Sequence record: SRR20825019_361
Reading direction: 5' to 3' (one strand)
DNA length: 64,000 nt
In this document: positions 1 to 10,782 of the stretch, in pieces
Position numbering within the stretch: position 1 is the stretch's first letter
Layout: each line of letters starts with the position of its first letter
Notes under the pieces: model-generated
The model's database searches: none
Told to the model about the DNA's origin: nothing
What the model saw: only the letters and a program-made list of their open reading frames with translations
Made by a program: the position numbers and the translations under genes

Positions 1-1053
1 ATTTTCACTTGTTTTTGTCTTAGAATACGGTACGTGACGCGATGTAAATTTCTCTGCCTCGCGGTTCCAATTATCAATCAATGAAGATCGACGCTTGTTA
101 TTTGCTTCACTTGCAGCATTCACTTCTTTCACAGCGAGGTTCATATCATTCACAGCTCCGTTGTACTCATCAACATCTGCTTGCGTGCGGTCTTTTTGTT
201 TTTTTGCGTCAAAAATGGACTTTATTTTATTGAAATTTTCTGTTTTTTCCAGATAGTTCAAAGAGAATTTTACACCTTCGCTTGCCTCATCTTTATAGAA
301 TTCAAATAGTTTCGAAGTCGCGTCTACCATTGCAGGATCGCTGGCATATTTTTCAATCGTTGCTAATTTAGATTCACCTTCTTTAATCGTTTCCAAAAGT
401 GCATTTCGGTTTTGCTCAATAGCGCTCACATCATTTTTTGAAATCGCATCCAACAAATACAATTCTTGCTTGTAAGACTTGAAGAAAATCAAATAAACAG
501 CATTGTAGTGATCGTAGACTTGATTTGTGATTCCCATCTTCTTGTCAAGTTCTGAACTCTCGCCTTCGATAATTGTGATATTGTTAGCCTCTGCGAATGC
601 ACGATGCTCACGGTTCACCATTTTCCCTGCTTCGTTAAGCTTATCGCTTGCCATTTCACGCGCTAGCATGTACGCTTCCATTAAATCATAGGATTGCTCA
701 GCAACTTCTTCTAAGTCAACAATTTTGCCATAATCCTCACGAAGCACGATTCCTGTTAGTTCGAAGTACATCGTAACAGAATCCTTGTAACGTGTATCGT
801 TCTTAAATGCTTTGGCACGCTTCGCCTTGTTAAAGGCATTTTCTACCGTTTGAATCAATTCAGCACGACGCTTTTCCACTTTTCTTGCGCTTCTTCCGTG
901 AGAAACAGAACGCGCATAATCCCACATATCTTGTTGGATTTGAACGTATTCAACAGAGAAGTAATCCATGTATTCTCCAGCAGATTCTGTATTTTGAGCA
1001 CTTCCAAAAAGGGTAACGAAGAGTGTTAAAGTGAGAGCGATTGTCTTTTTCAT
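1..1053 (-). CDS. Secreted alpha-helical protein, probably LIC11966-like surface protein family; 3' end runs off the window
   Basis: Translated by hand: ATG at 1053, MKKTIALTLTLFVTLFGSAQNTESAGEYMDYF... (signal peptide), motif EDYGKIVDLEEVAEQSYDLMEAY, open to position 1. Absent from the ORF track because there is no stop. Confidence 0.7.
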   Translation of the reverse strand, partial: MKKTIALTLTLFVTLFGSAQNTESAGEYMDYFSVEYVQIQQDMWDYARSVSHGRSARKVEKRRAELIQTVENAFNKAKRAKAFKNDTRYKDSVTMYFELTGIVLREDYGKIVDLEEVAEQSYDLMEAYMLAREMASDKLNEAGKMVNREHRAFAEANNITIIEGESSELDKKMGITNQVYDHYNAVYLIFFKSYKQELYLLDAISKNDVSAIEQNRNALLETIKEGESKLATIEKYASDPAMVDATSKLFEFYKDEASEGVKFSLNYLEKTENFNKIKSIFDAKKQKDRTQADVDEYNGAVNDMNLAVKEVNAASEANNKRRSSLIDNWNREAEKFTSRHVPYSKTKTSEN

Positions 1054-1083
1054 CAGGTTTAATTTTCGCGGTAAAGATATGGA

Positions 1084-3138
1084 TTATTGATTCAATCCGA
1101 TAAAATTGAGCATTATTTGATACGTCTCATTCAATTCCACATCATGTAACAGTCGATCCTTAAATTGAGTGTCGTATTTTTCTAGGTACGGTGCGACTGA
1201 CAACTGAGCAGCGTTAAATTGTTTTGGAACAGGTGTAAATGATGGCTTTGCTTCTTCAATCGCGGTGTCTCGTGCGTTGTAGATTCTTCGAACGGTGCGC
1301 AATAATTGAACGGATTTCTGAAAAGAGAACGATGCATTCAACTGATCTTCTACAATTAAGATTGAATCTCTCAGAGAAGAAAGCTGCGTAGAAATAGTCG
1401 ATGGAGAATAGGTACTTTTTAACTGATCAATCGGAAGAGCAGTTTCTAGCGTAGCATAGATTTTCTTTTCCACGCTGTCTAACTGAATAAAATGCGGCAA
1501 TTCTTTTTCGTAATCGGATGGATACGCCTCAATATTCAACAACGGGATATCCGGAAGAATTCCTTTACCCTGCGCGGTTTGTTTTGTGATTCGATAAAGT
1601 CCCATTCGCGTGGTCTTGGCATATCCCCACTCTGGATTTTCTTTTTTCTGGATTTCTCGCGTAAGGTCCATGGCTGGATCTAGCGGAAAAATGTTCTGTC
1701 CAGTGGCTTTTCCAAAAGTAGTTTGACCTACTATCAGCGCGCGATTATAGTCTTGTAAGGTTCCTGCAACAACCTCAGAAGCAGAGGCCGACTGAGAATT
1801 GACAAGCACAATGAGTGGGGCAGATGTAATTGCTCCGCGATTCAAGTCTTTGTAGGAAAATAGTTCACCATTGGCTGTTTCTTCGACAATCACCGGACCA
1901 AAATTGATGAAAATACCCACTAAGTCCACGGCTTCTTTTAAGGATCCACCGCCGTTATCTCGGAGATCTAAAATGATGCCTTCGATCCCTTCTTTTTGAA
2001 GATTTAAAAGTGATTTTGCGACATCATTGGCACATCCTAAATCACCGGAGGCAGTCCAATTGGTGTAAAAATCGGGGAGAGAAATGTATCCTACTTTTTT
2101 GTCGCCAGAGAGAACAGCCGTTTTTATTACATCGCCATCGCTGTATACTTTGCTCCGAACGAGTTGTACACTTTTTAATTCTGAATCCTCCGTAGAAAGT
2201 TCTAATGTAATCGTATCTGATTTGAGATCTGTGAAGAAGTTGCGAAGTCCATCAATTCCAACAGAGTCAACATTTGCAGACCTGCCGTTTGTAGCGGAGA
2301 TAGACATGATTTGGTCACCCGCATGCACTTCGCCAGAAAACCACGCTGAACTTCCAGGAACTACACCCGAAATTTCCATTTTCCCAGAAAGTGTGCGTTG
2401 ATAGGAAATCCCAAAAATGGCGCGATCTGCAACGAGTTCGTCTTTATATTCTTCCTTAAGCGTGAGATCGAAAAAACTAGAATGAGGATCGTATGCACGT
2501 GTGATACAATTGAGATACCTTAAATCGAAGTAACGATCGCTTGTCTTCAGCGCGTCAAAATATCGTTGATAGGACTTTTTAACGTCTTCCGTCGCCTCAG
2601 ACTGCTTTTTGAGAAGTTCCGTTGCCGTTTGCGATTGTTCCTCATCGTAGAAATCCAGCAGTTTTTCGATGACGTTGTGAATCAATGTTCGTTCCCATCG
2701 TGCTCTAAATTCGGCATCAGTCGTTGCAAAGCTTTTACTCTCGTCTGATGAGAAGTTGGCGTATTTCTCCAAGTTCAACGGTCGCTCAAGGAGAGAGAAA
2801 ACGGTTTTCTCCGCAACTCCTTTTCGTTCCAAGAAGCGTTCATTAAACGCAGCTGAATAAGCAGCTGTTTTATTAGGTATTTCAGAACCAAGTGCTTTCG
2901 CAAGATCGGTTAATATGTCTTCATCCGTTGAAGTGAAAAAGAGATGCCTTCGATCAAAATCTTCAATCAATAGTGCGTTTACATCTAAGCCGAATGTACT
3001 GTCCATTTTTCGCGGACGAAGATGAGTCTCCGAAAGATAGGTTATGAGACGATCAGCTTTGTCTGCTAAGGTTACTTCGTTTTGAGAAGAGCTAAAAAGC
3101 GAACTCGCGAGAAATACAATAAGAAGAAGCTTGCGCAT
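1084..3138 (-). CDS. S41 family carboxy-terminal processing protease (Prc/Tsp-like, PDZ domain)
   Basis: Motifs DPHSS, LDLRDNGGGSL, SASASE (catalytic Ser), TFGKAT (catalytic Lys). Signal peptide from ATG 3138 (MRKLLLIVF), just after the upstream gene's stop. Confidence 0.9.
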   Translation of the reverse strand: MRKLLLIVFLASSLFSSSQNEVTLADKADRLITYLSETHLRPRKMDSTFGLDVNALLIEDFDRRHLFFTSTDEDILTDLAKALGSEIPNKTAAYSAAFNERFLERKGVAEKTVFSLLERPLNLEKYANFSSDESKSFATTDAEFRARWERTLIHNVIEKLLDFYDEEQSQTATELLKKQSEATEDVKKSYQRYFDALKTSDRYFDLRYLNCITRAYDPHSSFFDLTLKEEYKDELVADRAIFGISYQRTLSGKMEISGVVPGSSAWFSGEVHAGDQIMSISATNGRSANVDSVGIDGLRNFFTDLKSDTITLELSTEDSELKSVQLVRSKVYSDGDVIKTAVLSGDKKVGYISLPDFYTNWTASGDLGCANDVAKSLLNLQKEGIEGIILDLRDNGGGSLKEAVDLVGIFINFGPVIVEETANGELFSYKDLNRGAITSAPLIVLVNSQSASASEVVAGTLQDYNRALIVGQTTFGKATGQNIFPLDPAMDLTREIQKKENPEWGYAKTTRMGLYRITKQTAQGKGILPDIPLLNIEAYPSDYEKELPHFIQLDSVEKKIYATLETALPIDQLKSTYSPSTISTQLSSLRDSILIVEDQLNASFSFQKSVQLLRTVRRIYNARDTAIEEAKPSFTPVPKQFNAAQLSVAPYLEKYDTQFKDRLLHDVELNETYQIMLNFIGLNQ

Positions 3139-3139
3139 T

Positions 3140-4555
3140 TTAGTCAAAATCTGTTACACCTTGCTCTTTGAGAATCTTAGGGGTTCTCCATGCGTAGTAA
3201 AAGAGGTAGGCGAAACAAAGAACTCCAACCATAAAACTCCAACGAATTCCTACTTGGTTGATGTCAACGAGTGCACCTTGTAACAAGGAAATGATTCCTC
3301 CTCCCATAATCATCATGATTAAAAAACCAGAACCCTTGTTGGTGTAATCACCTAATCCACCAATGGCTAGCGTAAAGATGCACGGCCACAACGTCGAACA
3401 AAATAAACCAACGCTTACGAATGCATAGATACTAATTACTCCAGTGGTTGACATTCCGACTAAAAGTGCTGCAATTCCAAGCATTGAGAACAACTTGAGC
3501 TGTTTCGAAGGATTTCCTTTACTCATTGCTTCAGCAACAATCAAAATAAGGATTACGAACGCATAGTAGTAAATAGGAGTTAAGTCTTGATCGGTAATTG
3601 CATTTATCAAAATGAATACGCCAAATGCGCCGTAGGGTAAAACAAATCTCAGGATATTTTGAATCTTAGGGTTTGCAGAAAAAACACCAGCAGCAGAAGT
3701 CCATCTTCCAATCATAAGACTCGCCCAATATAAAGAAACATAGGGTGTAATTTCACTGGATTTCATTCCGTAGGTGCTCTTAAGATATTCTCCAAGATTT
3801 CCAGCAGTTGCCACTTCTACTCCAACATAAACAAAGATGGCAATCATTCCCAGATACAACTGAGGAAATTTACCCAGCGTTTTCTTCGTAGTACTTTCAA
3901 CGGCTTCACTTTCTAAATGATTGGGAATTTTGGAGAGCATAATTAATGTCGCAACAATTAGAAATGACAATCCAAGCATTAAATAAGGAACTTTGATACT
4001 TTCAATACTAACGTCAACAGCATCGGCGGAAGTAGAACCAAAAATAGCTAGTGCGATCAGTACAGGTCCAATGGTTGTACCTATATTATTTACTCCTCCA
4101 GTAAGGCTCAATCGTTGAGACCCTTTTTTAGGATCTCCCAAAGAGATTACAAGAGGATTAGCCGCAGTTTGCTGCAGTGAAAATCCGAGTCCAACAACAA
4201 ACAACCCGCTGATCATTAGCCCGAATGATTCCATGTTTGCCGCAGGAATAAATAACAATGTTCCAATTGCCGAGATTGCTAAACCAAGAGAAATTCCTTT
4301 TTTATAGCCAATCTTTGATAGAATGTCTCTTTTGAGTGCGTATGAAATTGCAAGATAAATCAAAGAACCAACCGTGTAGGCAACATAAAATGCAAATGAG
4401 ATCATTTGCGATTGCCATTGTTGAAGATGAAGCTCTTCTTTGAAGACAGGAATAAGAATGTCATTAGAGGCAGCAACAAATCCCCAAAAGAAGAATACGG
4501 TTGTTAACGTAGCCAATGCTCCGTAATTGGTTTTTTTTATCGTGGGCTCAGACAT
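3140..4555 (-). CDS. Sugar MFS transporter (FucP/GluP family)
   Basis: Multiple TM helices; motifs FFFWGF..NDILIP, QQTAANP, IFVYVGVEV. Confidence 0.9.
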   Translation of the reverse strand: MSEPTIKKTNYGALATLTTVFFFWGFVAASNDILIPVFKEELHLQQWQSQMISFAFYVAYTVGSLIYLAISYALKRDILSKIGYKKGISLGLAISAIGTLLFIPAANMESFGLMISGLFVVGLGFSLQQTAANPLVISLGDPKKGSQRLSLTGGVNNIGTTIGPVLIALAIFGSTSADAVDVSIESIKVPYLMLGLSFLIVATLIMLSKIPNHLESEAVESTTKKTLGKFPQLYLGMIAIFVYVGVEVATAGNLGEYLKSTYGMKSSEITPYVSLYWASLMIGRWTSAAGVFSANPKIQNILRFVLPYGAFGVFILINAITDQDLTPIYYYAFVILILIVAEAMSKGNPSKQLKLFSMLGIAALLVGMSTTGVISIYAFVSVGLFCSTLWPCIFTLAIGGLGDYTNKGSGFLIMMIMGGGIISLLQGALVDINQVGIRWSFMVGVLCFAYLFYYAWRTPKILKEQGVTDFD

Positions 4556-4650
4556 AGTGTGAATTTGAGGTCACAAAATAAGTAGAATCTTTTGAAGCCA
4601 ACACGAACGCTCAATTTTCTTTAAAGGAATACTTATGAATTTCTAAACGG

Positions 4651-6084
4651 CTAGTTTCCTGTCTTCGTAAACATCAACGATTCTCCATTTATGTTTATAA
4701 AGTAAATTCCGTTTGGAAGATGAGCGATCGTTATGGACATTTCCTTTTGTTGATGGTTTGACGTTTCAACCTGTTCTACGAGAGTGCCAGTGATAGACTG
4801 GATATAAACTTCCTGAATCTGTTCTGTCGCGCGAATGGTAATTTGGTTCTCCGCAGGATTTGGGAACAATTCAATTTCCGAACGAACGACGTGATCAAAA
4901 CTAATGGATTTCATTGGCGAAGAATTACGTTCTCCATTAAAATCATACTGATCAATCCGATAGTAGGAAACCCCAACAAGTGGATTTTTATCCGTAAAAG
5001 AATATTCATGAATCTGTGTTGAATTTCCTTTTCCAGCAAGTGAACCTATGTTTTGCCAAGTTGAACCATCTTTAGACCGCATAATTTCAAAGCGATCATT
5101 GTTGCGCTCTGAGATTGTTTTCCATGAAACATAAGCGGATTGACTTTGCTTTTCTACATCAAAATCTTCCATTTCTACAGGAAGAATGACGATTGTTCTG
5201 CAATTTGGAACAGGACACGATGCAGCATCTGGTTCTGGTCTGGTAGCAATTGCTGGCGCATTATTCAACAAAGTTGCACTTCCCCAACTTCCGCAACCAT
5301 TAAAATTGAGTGTTGCACCCGTTTGTCTCCAGATTTCAATCGAAGAATTATTGGTTACCGTTCCGCGGAGTGAAGCTGAGTTTGCATAACGTATCGTAGC
5401 CGTGTTTGTATTTGCAACACGTTGGAATCGATCGGTTGGACCACCACAGTTTTGCATGTATAAAAAGTCGTTACAAACAATTTGGCTTTTCGGTCCAAGA
5501 CAGAAAAATCCACCAGGAAGCGCAGAAAGTGTTCCTCCTACTGAAATGAAACCGTTGTTTTTTAAGAATCCAGTTTGGTTGGTGTTTTGGGCGGTGAGAA
5601 TATTCCCAGATACGAACAATCTCGAAGAATCTGATTCATTGTAAAACGAGTTTCCCGTGTTCTGAAAATTCAAATTCCCCGTAATTTGAACAGTGCCGTA
5701 GTTTATTATTGCCGCATTGTTGTTAAGAACAACGCCACTTGGAAAATAAAGCGTAGCTCCACATTCTACAACAATAGTCCCTGAGTTCCATGAACCAGAA
5801 ATGATAGCATCAGCACACACTCGGATCGTTCCTCCGTTTAGATTAATGTTCGAGAAAGTGTGTATTGTGTTATCGTATGTGCAAATTCCAAGAACTTGAC
5901 CTGTGCCTACCGAAGCATTACTTGTTAATGCTGGAAAGAGAGAACAATCTGAAGCTGGCACAGTGGCAGGAAATCCTGTGCATTGTCCAAATGAATTTTG
6001 AGGAAAAGTAACTATGGAAATAAACGCGAAAATAAGGTAACACGTAAGCGTACCAAATTGGCGCAGGGAGGGAGTTGAAATCAT
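4651..6084 (-). CDS. T9SS type A sorting domain protein with Gly/Asn/Cys-rich N-terminal region
   Basis: Signal peptide; LPVE...WKTISERNND.F.I.RS.DG Ig-like module; C-terminal FPNPA...LPNGIYFI CTD. Confidence 0.85.
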   Translation of the reverse strand: MISTPSLRQFGTLTCYLIFAFISIVTFPQNSFGQCTGFPATVPASDCSLFPALTSNASVGTGQVLGICTYDNTIHTFSNINLNGGTIRVCADAIISGSWNSGTIVVECGATLYFPSGVVLNNNAAIINYGTVQITGNLNFQNTGNSFYNESDSSRLFVSGNILTAQNTNQTGFLKNNGFISVGGTLSALPGGFFCLGPKSQIVCNDFLYMQNCGGPTDRFQRVANTNTATIRYANSASLRGTVTNNSSIEIWRQTGATLNFNGCGSWGSATLLNNAPAIATRPEPDAASCPVPNCRTIVILPVEMEDFDVEKQSQSAYVSWKTISERNNDRFEIMRSKDGSTWQNIGSLAGKGNSTQIHEYSFTDKNPLVGVSYYRIDQYDFNGERNSSPMKSISFDHVVRSEIELFPNPAENQITIRATEQIQEVYIQSITGTLVEQVETSNHQQKEMSITIAHLPNGIYFININGESLMFTKTGN

Positions 6085-6125
6085 ACGTAGGGAAAATTCT
6101 AATAAAGTGCTAACTAACTACAAAG

Positions 6126-8078
6126 TTATACATTCGCAATCACACTGTTAGTAGATCTAGAAAGATTTAATAAAGATTTAACTTTTGCTATGATTGCATT
6201 GCTATCGAAGCCACAGTCGGCCCAAAGTTCAGCCTGTGTTCCATGATGAACATATCTATCTGGAATTCCTAATCTAATTACTTGTGCCGAGTAATTTTGA
6301 TCTGCCATAAATTCAGTCACTGCCGATCCAAAGCCTCCCATTATACAGCCGTCCTCAACGGTGATGATTTTATCGAATTTTGAAAAAACTTCGTGTAAAA
6401 TGGTCTCATCAATAGGTTTGACAAAACGCATGTCGTAATGTGCAATTGAAGCGCCAGAATCTTTCAACTCATCGATCGCCTTTTGAGCAAAATTCCCAGT
6501 ATGACCGATCGTCAAAATCGCAATGTCATTTCCAGAAGTGAGTTTACGTCCTTGACCTACCTTTACGGCTTGAAGAGGTGTTTTCCATTCAGTCATAACC
6601 CCATTTCCACGAGGATATCTGATAGAAAAAGGCCCCATATCTTCTTGCTGGGCGGTGAACATCAAGTTGCGCAATTCCGCTTCGTCCATCGGTGCAGAAA
6701 CAATCATGTTTGGGATGAAACGCATATATGCAATATCATAAGCTCCGTGATGCGTAGCGCCATCAGCACCAACTAAACCACCACGGTCTAGACAGAATAC
6801 AACATTCAGGTTTTGTAAAGCGACATCATGAAGAACTTGATCGAATGCTCGTTGCATGAACGAAGAGTAAATATTACAGAACGGAACCATTCCTTGGGTT
6901 GCAAGCCCTGCAGAGAAAGTAACTGCATGTTGCTCGGCAATACCAACATCAAATGTACGCTCTGGCATAGCTTTCATCATAATGTTCAATGAACAACCTG
7001 ATGGCATAGCTGGCGTAACGCCCATTATTCTTTCGTTTTTTTCCGCTAGTTCAACAATTGTATGGCCAAAAACGTCTTGATATTTAGGTGGTTGTGGAGA
7101 TTTTGGAACTACTTTCACAATCTCACCAGTATCCTTATTGAATACACCCGGCGCATGCCATTGCGTTGGATTTCCTTCCTCAGAAAACTTGTAGCCAGCG
7201 CCCTTTCGAGTGATGCAATGTAAAATTTTTGGGCCAGGAATATCTTTTAGATCAGCCATTACTTTCGCAAGTCCAATTACATCGTGACCATCAATAGGAC
7301 CGAAGTAGCGAAAATTTAAGGACTCAAATAAATTACTTTGTTTCAAGAGAGATCCTTTCAACGCGGAAGAGATCTTAGAAGCGATTGATTGAGCATCAGG
7401 ACCGAACTTAGAAATCTTTCCAAGTAACTTCCAGATATCGTCTTTCACTTTATTGTACGTGTGAGAAGTCGTGATATCCGTTAAGTATTCCTTTAACGCA
7501 CCAACGTTTGGATCGATTGACATGCAATTGTCGTTCAGGATGACCAATAAATTCGCATCCTTCTCAAATCCAGCGTGATTTAAACCTTCGAAAGCTAAAC
7601 CAGCTGTCATTGCACCATCTCCAATTACGGCAATGTGCTGACGATCTTTTTCGCCTTTGTATTTATTTGCTGCAGCCATTCCAAGAGCAGCAGAAATCGA
7701 AGTGGACGAATGCCCAACTCCAAATGTATCGTATTCACTTTCTGAACGTTTTGGAAAACCAGAGATTCCTCCTTTGGTTCTATTCGTTGGAAAAACGTCT
7801 TTTCGTCCAGTTAGAATTTTGTGTCCGTAGGCTTGATGTCCAACGTCCCAAACAAGTTGATCGTGTGGTGTATTGAAAACATAATGCAAGGCAACAGTTA
7901 ATTCAACAACGCCGAGACTCGCACCGAAATGGCTATTCCCGATCTCTGAAATGACATCAATAATATATTGACGAACGTCTTCTGCAACGCCAGGCAAATC
8001 ATCTATCTCGAATTGATTTCTTAAATCTTCGGGGAGATTAATTTTCTCTAAAAACGGACCTGTTTGATATTTTTTCAT
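6126..8078 (-). CDS. dxs: 1-deoxy-D-xylulose-5-phosphate synthase
   Basis: WDVGHQAYGHKILTGR, GDGAMTAGLAFEGLN, DVGIAEQHAVT, DGATHHG; ATG 8078 preferred to TTG 8096. Confidence 0.97.
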   Translation of the reverse strand: MKKYQTGPFLEKINLPEDLRNQFEIDDLPGVAEDVRQYIIDVISEIGNSHFGASLGVVELTVALHYVFNTPHDQLVWDVGHQAYGHKILTGRKDVFPTNRTKGGISGFPKRSESEYDTFGVGHSSTSISAALGMAAANKYKGEKDRQHIAVIGDGAMTAGLAFEGLNHAGFEKDANLLVILNDNCMSIDPNVGALKEYLTDITTSHTYNKVKDDIWKLLGKISKFGPDAQSIASKISSALKGSLLKQSNLFESLNFRYFGPIDGHDVIGLAKVMADLKDIPGPKILHCITRKGAGYKFSEEGNPTQWHAPGVFNKDTGEIVKVVPKSPQPPKYQDVFGHTIVELAEKNERIMGVTPAMPSGCSLNIMMKAMPERTFDVGIAEQHAVTFSAGLATQGMVPFCNIYSSFMQRAFDQVLHDVALQNLNVVFCLDRGGLVGADGATHHGAYDIAYMRFIPNMIVSAPMDEAELRNLMFTAQQEDMGPFSIRYPRGNGVMTEWKTPLQAVKVGQGRKLTSGNDIAILTIGHTGNFAQKAIDELKDSGASIAHYDMRFVKPIDETILHEVFSKFDKIITVEDGCIMGGFGSAVTEFMADQNYSAQVIRLGIPDRYVHHGTQAELWADCGFDSNAIIAKVKSLLNLSRSTNSVIANV

Positions 8079-8093
8079 AAACGTTAAACAAAA

Positions 8094-8101
8094 CAAATGT
8101 A
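8094..8101 (-). promoter_or_regulatory. Bacteroidota -7 promoter element (TACATTTG) for dxs
   Basis: Exact TAnnTTTG match 15 nt upstream of the ATG. Confidence 0.6.
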
Positions 8102-8361
8102 TGTCATCACGAAGTCATAAACAAATTTGTTCTATTTGTATTGTACAAACGTACGAATATTTAACATGAATTTTCATTTTCGAGTATAAGAAAGGACGAA
8201 TTAAAGACGTAGTTTTGGTCCCATGAAGTAGCTTTAAAGGGCATAAATCCTGAGGTTTACTTCAAATGTTAATGTTTTGGCAATAGTGCAATAAATGAAA
8301 ATGCATTTCGTTTGTTGGCTTTAATTTACACCTAAACCAAATTATTGGTTAATCTATTCTA

Positions 8362-10782
8362 ATGAAACATCATTCAACTCATTTACGGAAACTCATTACG
8401 GTGTCGTTTCTGTTTTTGTTCGTCCTTGGGACAAATGCAATCTTCGCGCAGCAGAGAACAATCTCAGGATATGTCACCGACAACTCTTCTGGGGAACCAT
8501 TGTACCTAGCGAGAATCTTTGATACGATTAGTCGGAAAGGAACCGTCGCCAATGAATACGGGTTTTATAGTATTACACTTCCAAGTCAAGAGGTTGTATT
8601 ACGTGTTTCTGTTTTAGGCATGGAAACTCAATTTGTGAAGGTTCCGCTTGAACAGATTGAGTTAGATGTGAAATTGGATGCACTTTCGCAGGAGTTGGAT
8701 GAGGTTAAAGTAAATGCGGAAAGTTTAAGAAGAAGTACAGAAGAAACAAATTCAGGAACGCTCGAACTTTCATTGGATAAAGTAGAAAGGCTTCCTGTTT
8801 TCATGGGGGAAAAAGATGTTGTGAAAACCCTCCAATTGATGCCAGGAGTGGCTTCCGGAGGCGAGGGATCAAGTGGATTGTATGTGCGTGGTGGTGGACC
8901 AGATCAAAATTTGATTCTCTTGGACGATGTTCCTGTCTATAATGCAGCGCACCTTTTTGGATTTTTCTCAGTGTTCAATAATGATGCTCTTTCGAAAGTA
9001 ACGATGATTAAAGGTGGATTCCCTGCGCGTTATGGTGGAAGAACATCTTCTGTACTCGATATGCGGATGAAAGAAGGAAACATAAACAAATTTAATGTTG
9101 AAGGATCGGTCGGACTAATTGCGAGTAAGGTACTCGTTGAAGGCCCAATTAAAAAAGATAAAACAGCATTCATTGTAAGTGCAAGAAGAACGTATGCCGA
9201 TCTACTGATAAAACCATTTATGATAAACAAGGAGAATCAAGGAGGGTATTATTTCTATGATCTCAACGCAAAAATTCACCACAAGATTAATAACAAACAC
9301 CACATTTATTTAGGAGGATATTTTGGGCAGGACAAGGCTAAATTCTCAAATAAATCAAGTTACGAGTCCTATGAGGGAGATTCCAAAGGCGAGTATGAAA
9401 GTGAGAATTCTTTGGGATGGGGAAATGCCATTGCCGCACTTCGATGGAACTATCGTATTGCTCCAAAGCTCTTTTTGAACACAACTGGGACATTCTCTCA
9501 CTACAAATTCAATATCGGAGCTGAAGACAACAGCACCTATACAGATCCTTCGGGTACAAATACATCGTCATTTAGAATCAACTATTTCTCAAACATCCAA
9601 GATTGGTCGGGTAAAATGGATTTCACCTATGTACCAAATACAAAACATTATGTGAGATTCGGACTTGGAGACACTTATCACACATTTAAACCAGGCGTTT
9701 TTTCGGCTAAGGAAGAAAGCAATGGAGTTTCTGAAACGTATGCTCCGGATTCCACGAATACTCAATATGCGCACGAGGCTTTCGCATTCATCGAGGATGA
9801 TCATCGAATTCTAAGTTGGTTAAAAATCAATTATGGAGTTCATTTCTCAACATTTTTCGTGAAATCAAAAACGTACGCAGCACTGCAACCTAGAATTTCT
9901 GGAAACGCAGTACTTTCTGACAATTCAAGTTTGAAATTTTCTTATGCTCGCACTGCCCAGTTCATTCATCTTCTGTCGAATACTGGAATTGGATTGCCTA
10001 CCGACCTTTGGGTGCCTTCTACGAAGAATATTGGCCCAATGACTGCCGATCAGGTAAGCTTAGGTTACAATCGCCTTTTTGGAAAAAGTTACAACCTCAT
10101 GGTTGAAGGGTATTACAAAACCATGAAAAATCTCATTCAGTATAAAGAAGGAGTTAGTTTTATCGGAACGAGCAGTGACTGGGAAAGTAAAGTAGAAGTT
10201 GGACAAGGGTGGTCGTATGGTGCTGAAGTATTTTTCGAAAAGAAGCAAGGAGATTTAACGGGTTGGATTGGTTATACACTGAGTTGGACCGAAAGACAAT
10301 TCGAAAATATTAATGGCGGAGAGAAATTCCCGTATACGTATGATAGACGTCACGACGTGAGTGTTGCACTGACATATCAATTGAACAAGAAATGGGATTT
10401 TGGCTTCGTGTTCGTAGCAAGCACAGGTCGCGCGGTTTCGTTGCCTACACAACAATACAATGTAGCGCCAAATACAGTGTTGGGTAATACATTCAATGGA
10501 TCTTACCAGCAGATTAATTATTTGTCCTCTGTAAACGGTTATCGAATGCCAGCCTATCATCGATTGGATGTAGGAGTGAATAGAACTAGAGTTAAAACAT
10601 GGGGAGAGACAGTACTTTCTTTCTCGATTTACAATGTTTATAGTCGACAAAACGCATTCTTCATATACGTAGGAACGGATTATGAAACAGGAGAAAAACA
10701 ATTGAAACAAGTCGCGCTGTTCCCAATCATTCCTTCGGTAAGCTGGAAATTTAAATTAACGCATTTAGGAGAAAAGAAATGA
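8362..10782 (+). CDS. TonB-dependent receptor (CarboxypepD_reg-like N-domain, plug, beta-barrel)
   Basis: GEKDVVKTLQLMPGV, YVRGGGPDQNLILLD, KGGFPARYGGRTSS, YHRLD, NVYSRQN. Confidence 0.92.
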   Translation: MKHHSTHLRKLITVSFLFLFVLGTNAIFAQQRTISGYVTDNSSGEPLYLARIFDTISRKGTVANEYGFYSITLPSQEVVLRVSVLGMETQFVKVPLEQIELDVKLDALSQELDEVKVNAESLRRSTEETNSGTLELSLDKVERLPVFMGEKDVVKTLQLMPGVASGGEGSSGLYVRGGGPDQNLILLDDVPVYNAAHLFGFFSVFNNDALSKVTMIKGGFPARYGGRTSSVLDMRMKEGNINKFNVEGSVGLIASKVLVEGPIKKDKTAFIVSARRTYADLLIKPFMINKENQGGYYFYDLNAKIHHKINNKHHIYLGGYFGQDKAKFSNKSSYESYEGDSKGEYESENSLGWGNAIAALRWNYRIAPKLFLNTTGTFSHYKFNIGAEDNSTYTDPSGTNTSSFRINYFSNIQDWSGKMDFTYVPNTKHYVRFGLGDTYHTFKPGVFSAKEESNGVSETYAPDSTNTQYAHEAFAFIEDDHRILSWLKINYGVHFSTFFVKSKTYAALQPRISGNAVLSDNSSLKFSYARTAQFIHLLSNTGIGLPTDLWVPSTKNIGPMTADQVSLGYNRLFGKSYNLMVEGYYKTMKNLIQYKEGVSFIGTSSDWESKVEVGQGWSYGAEVFFEKKQGDLTGWIGYTLSWTERQFENINGGEKFPYTYDRRHDVSVALTYQLNKKWDFGFVFVASTGRAVSLPTQQYNVAPNTVLGNTFNGSYQQINYLSSVNGYRMPAYHRLDVGVNRTRVKTWGETVLSFSIYNVYSRQNAFFIYVGTDYETGEKQLKQVALFPIIPSVSWKFKLTHLGEKK

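Noticed and set aside
8120-8149. Short palindromes (aacaaatttgtt; tttgta-ttg-tacaaa) in the dxs/TonB receptor divergent region
   Set aside because: AT-rich and short enough to occur by chance; no recognisable regulator consensus.
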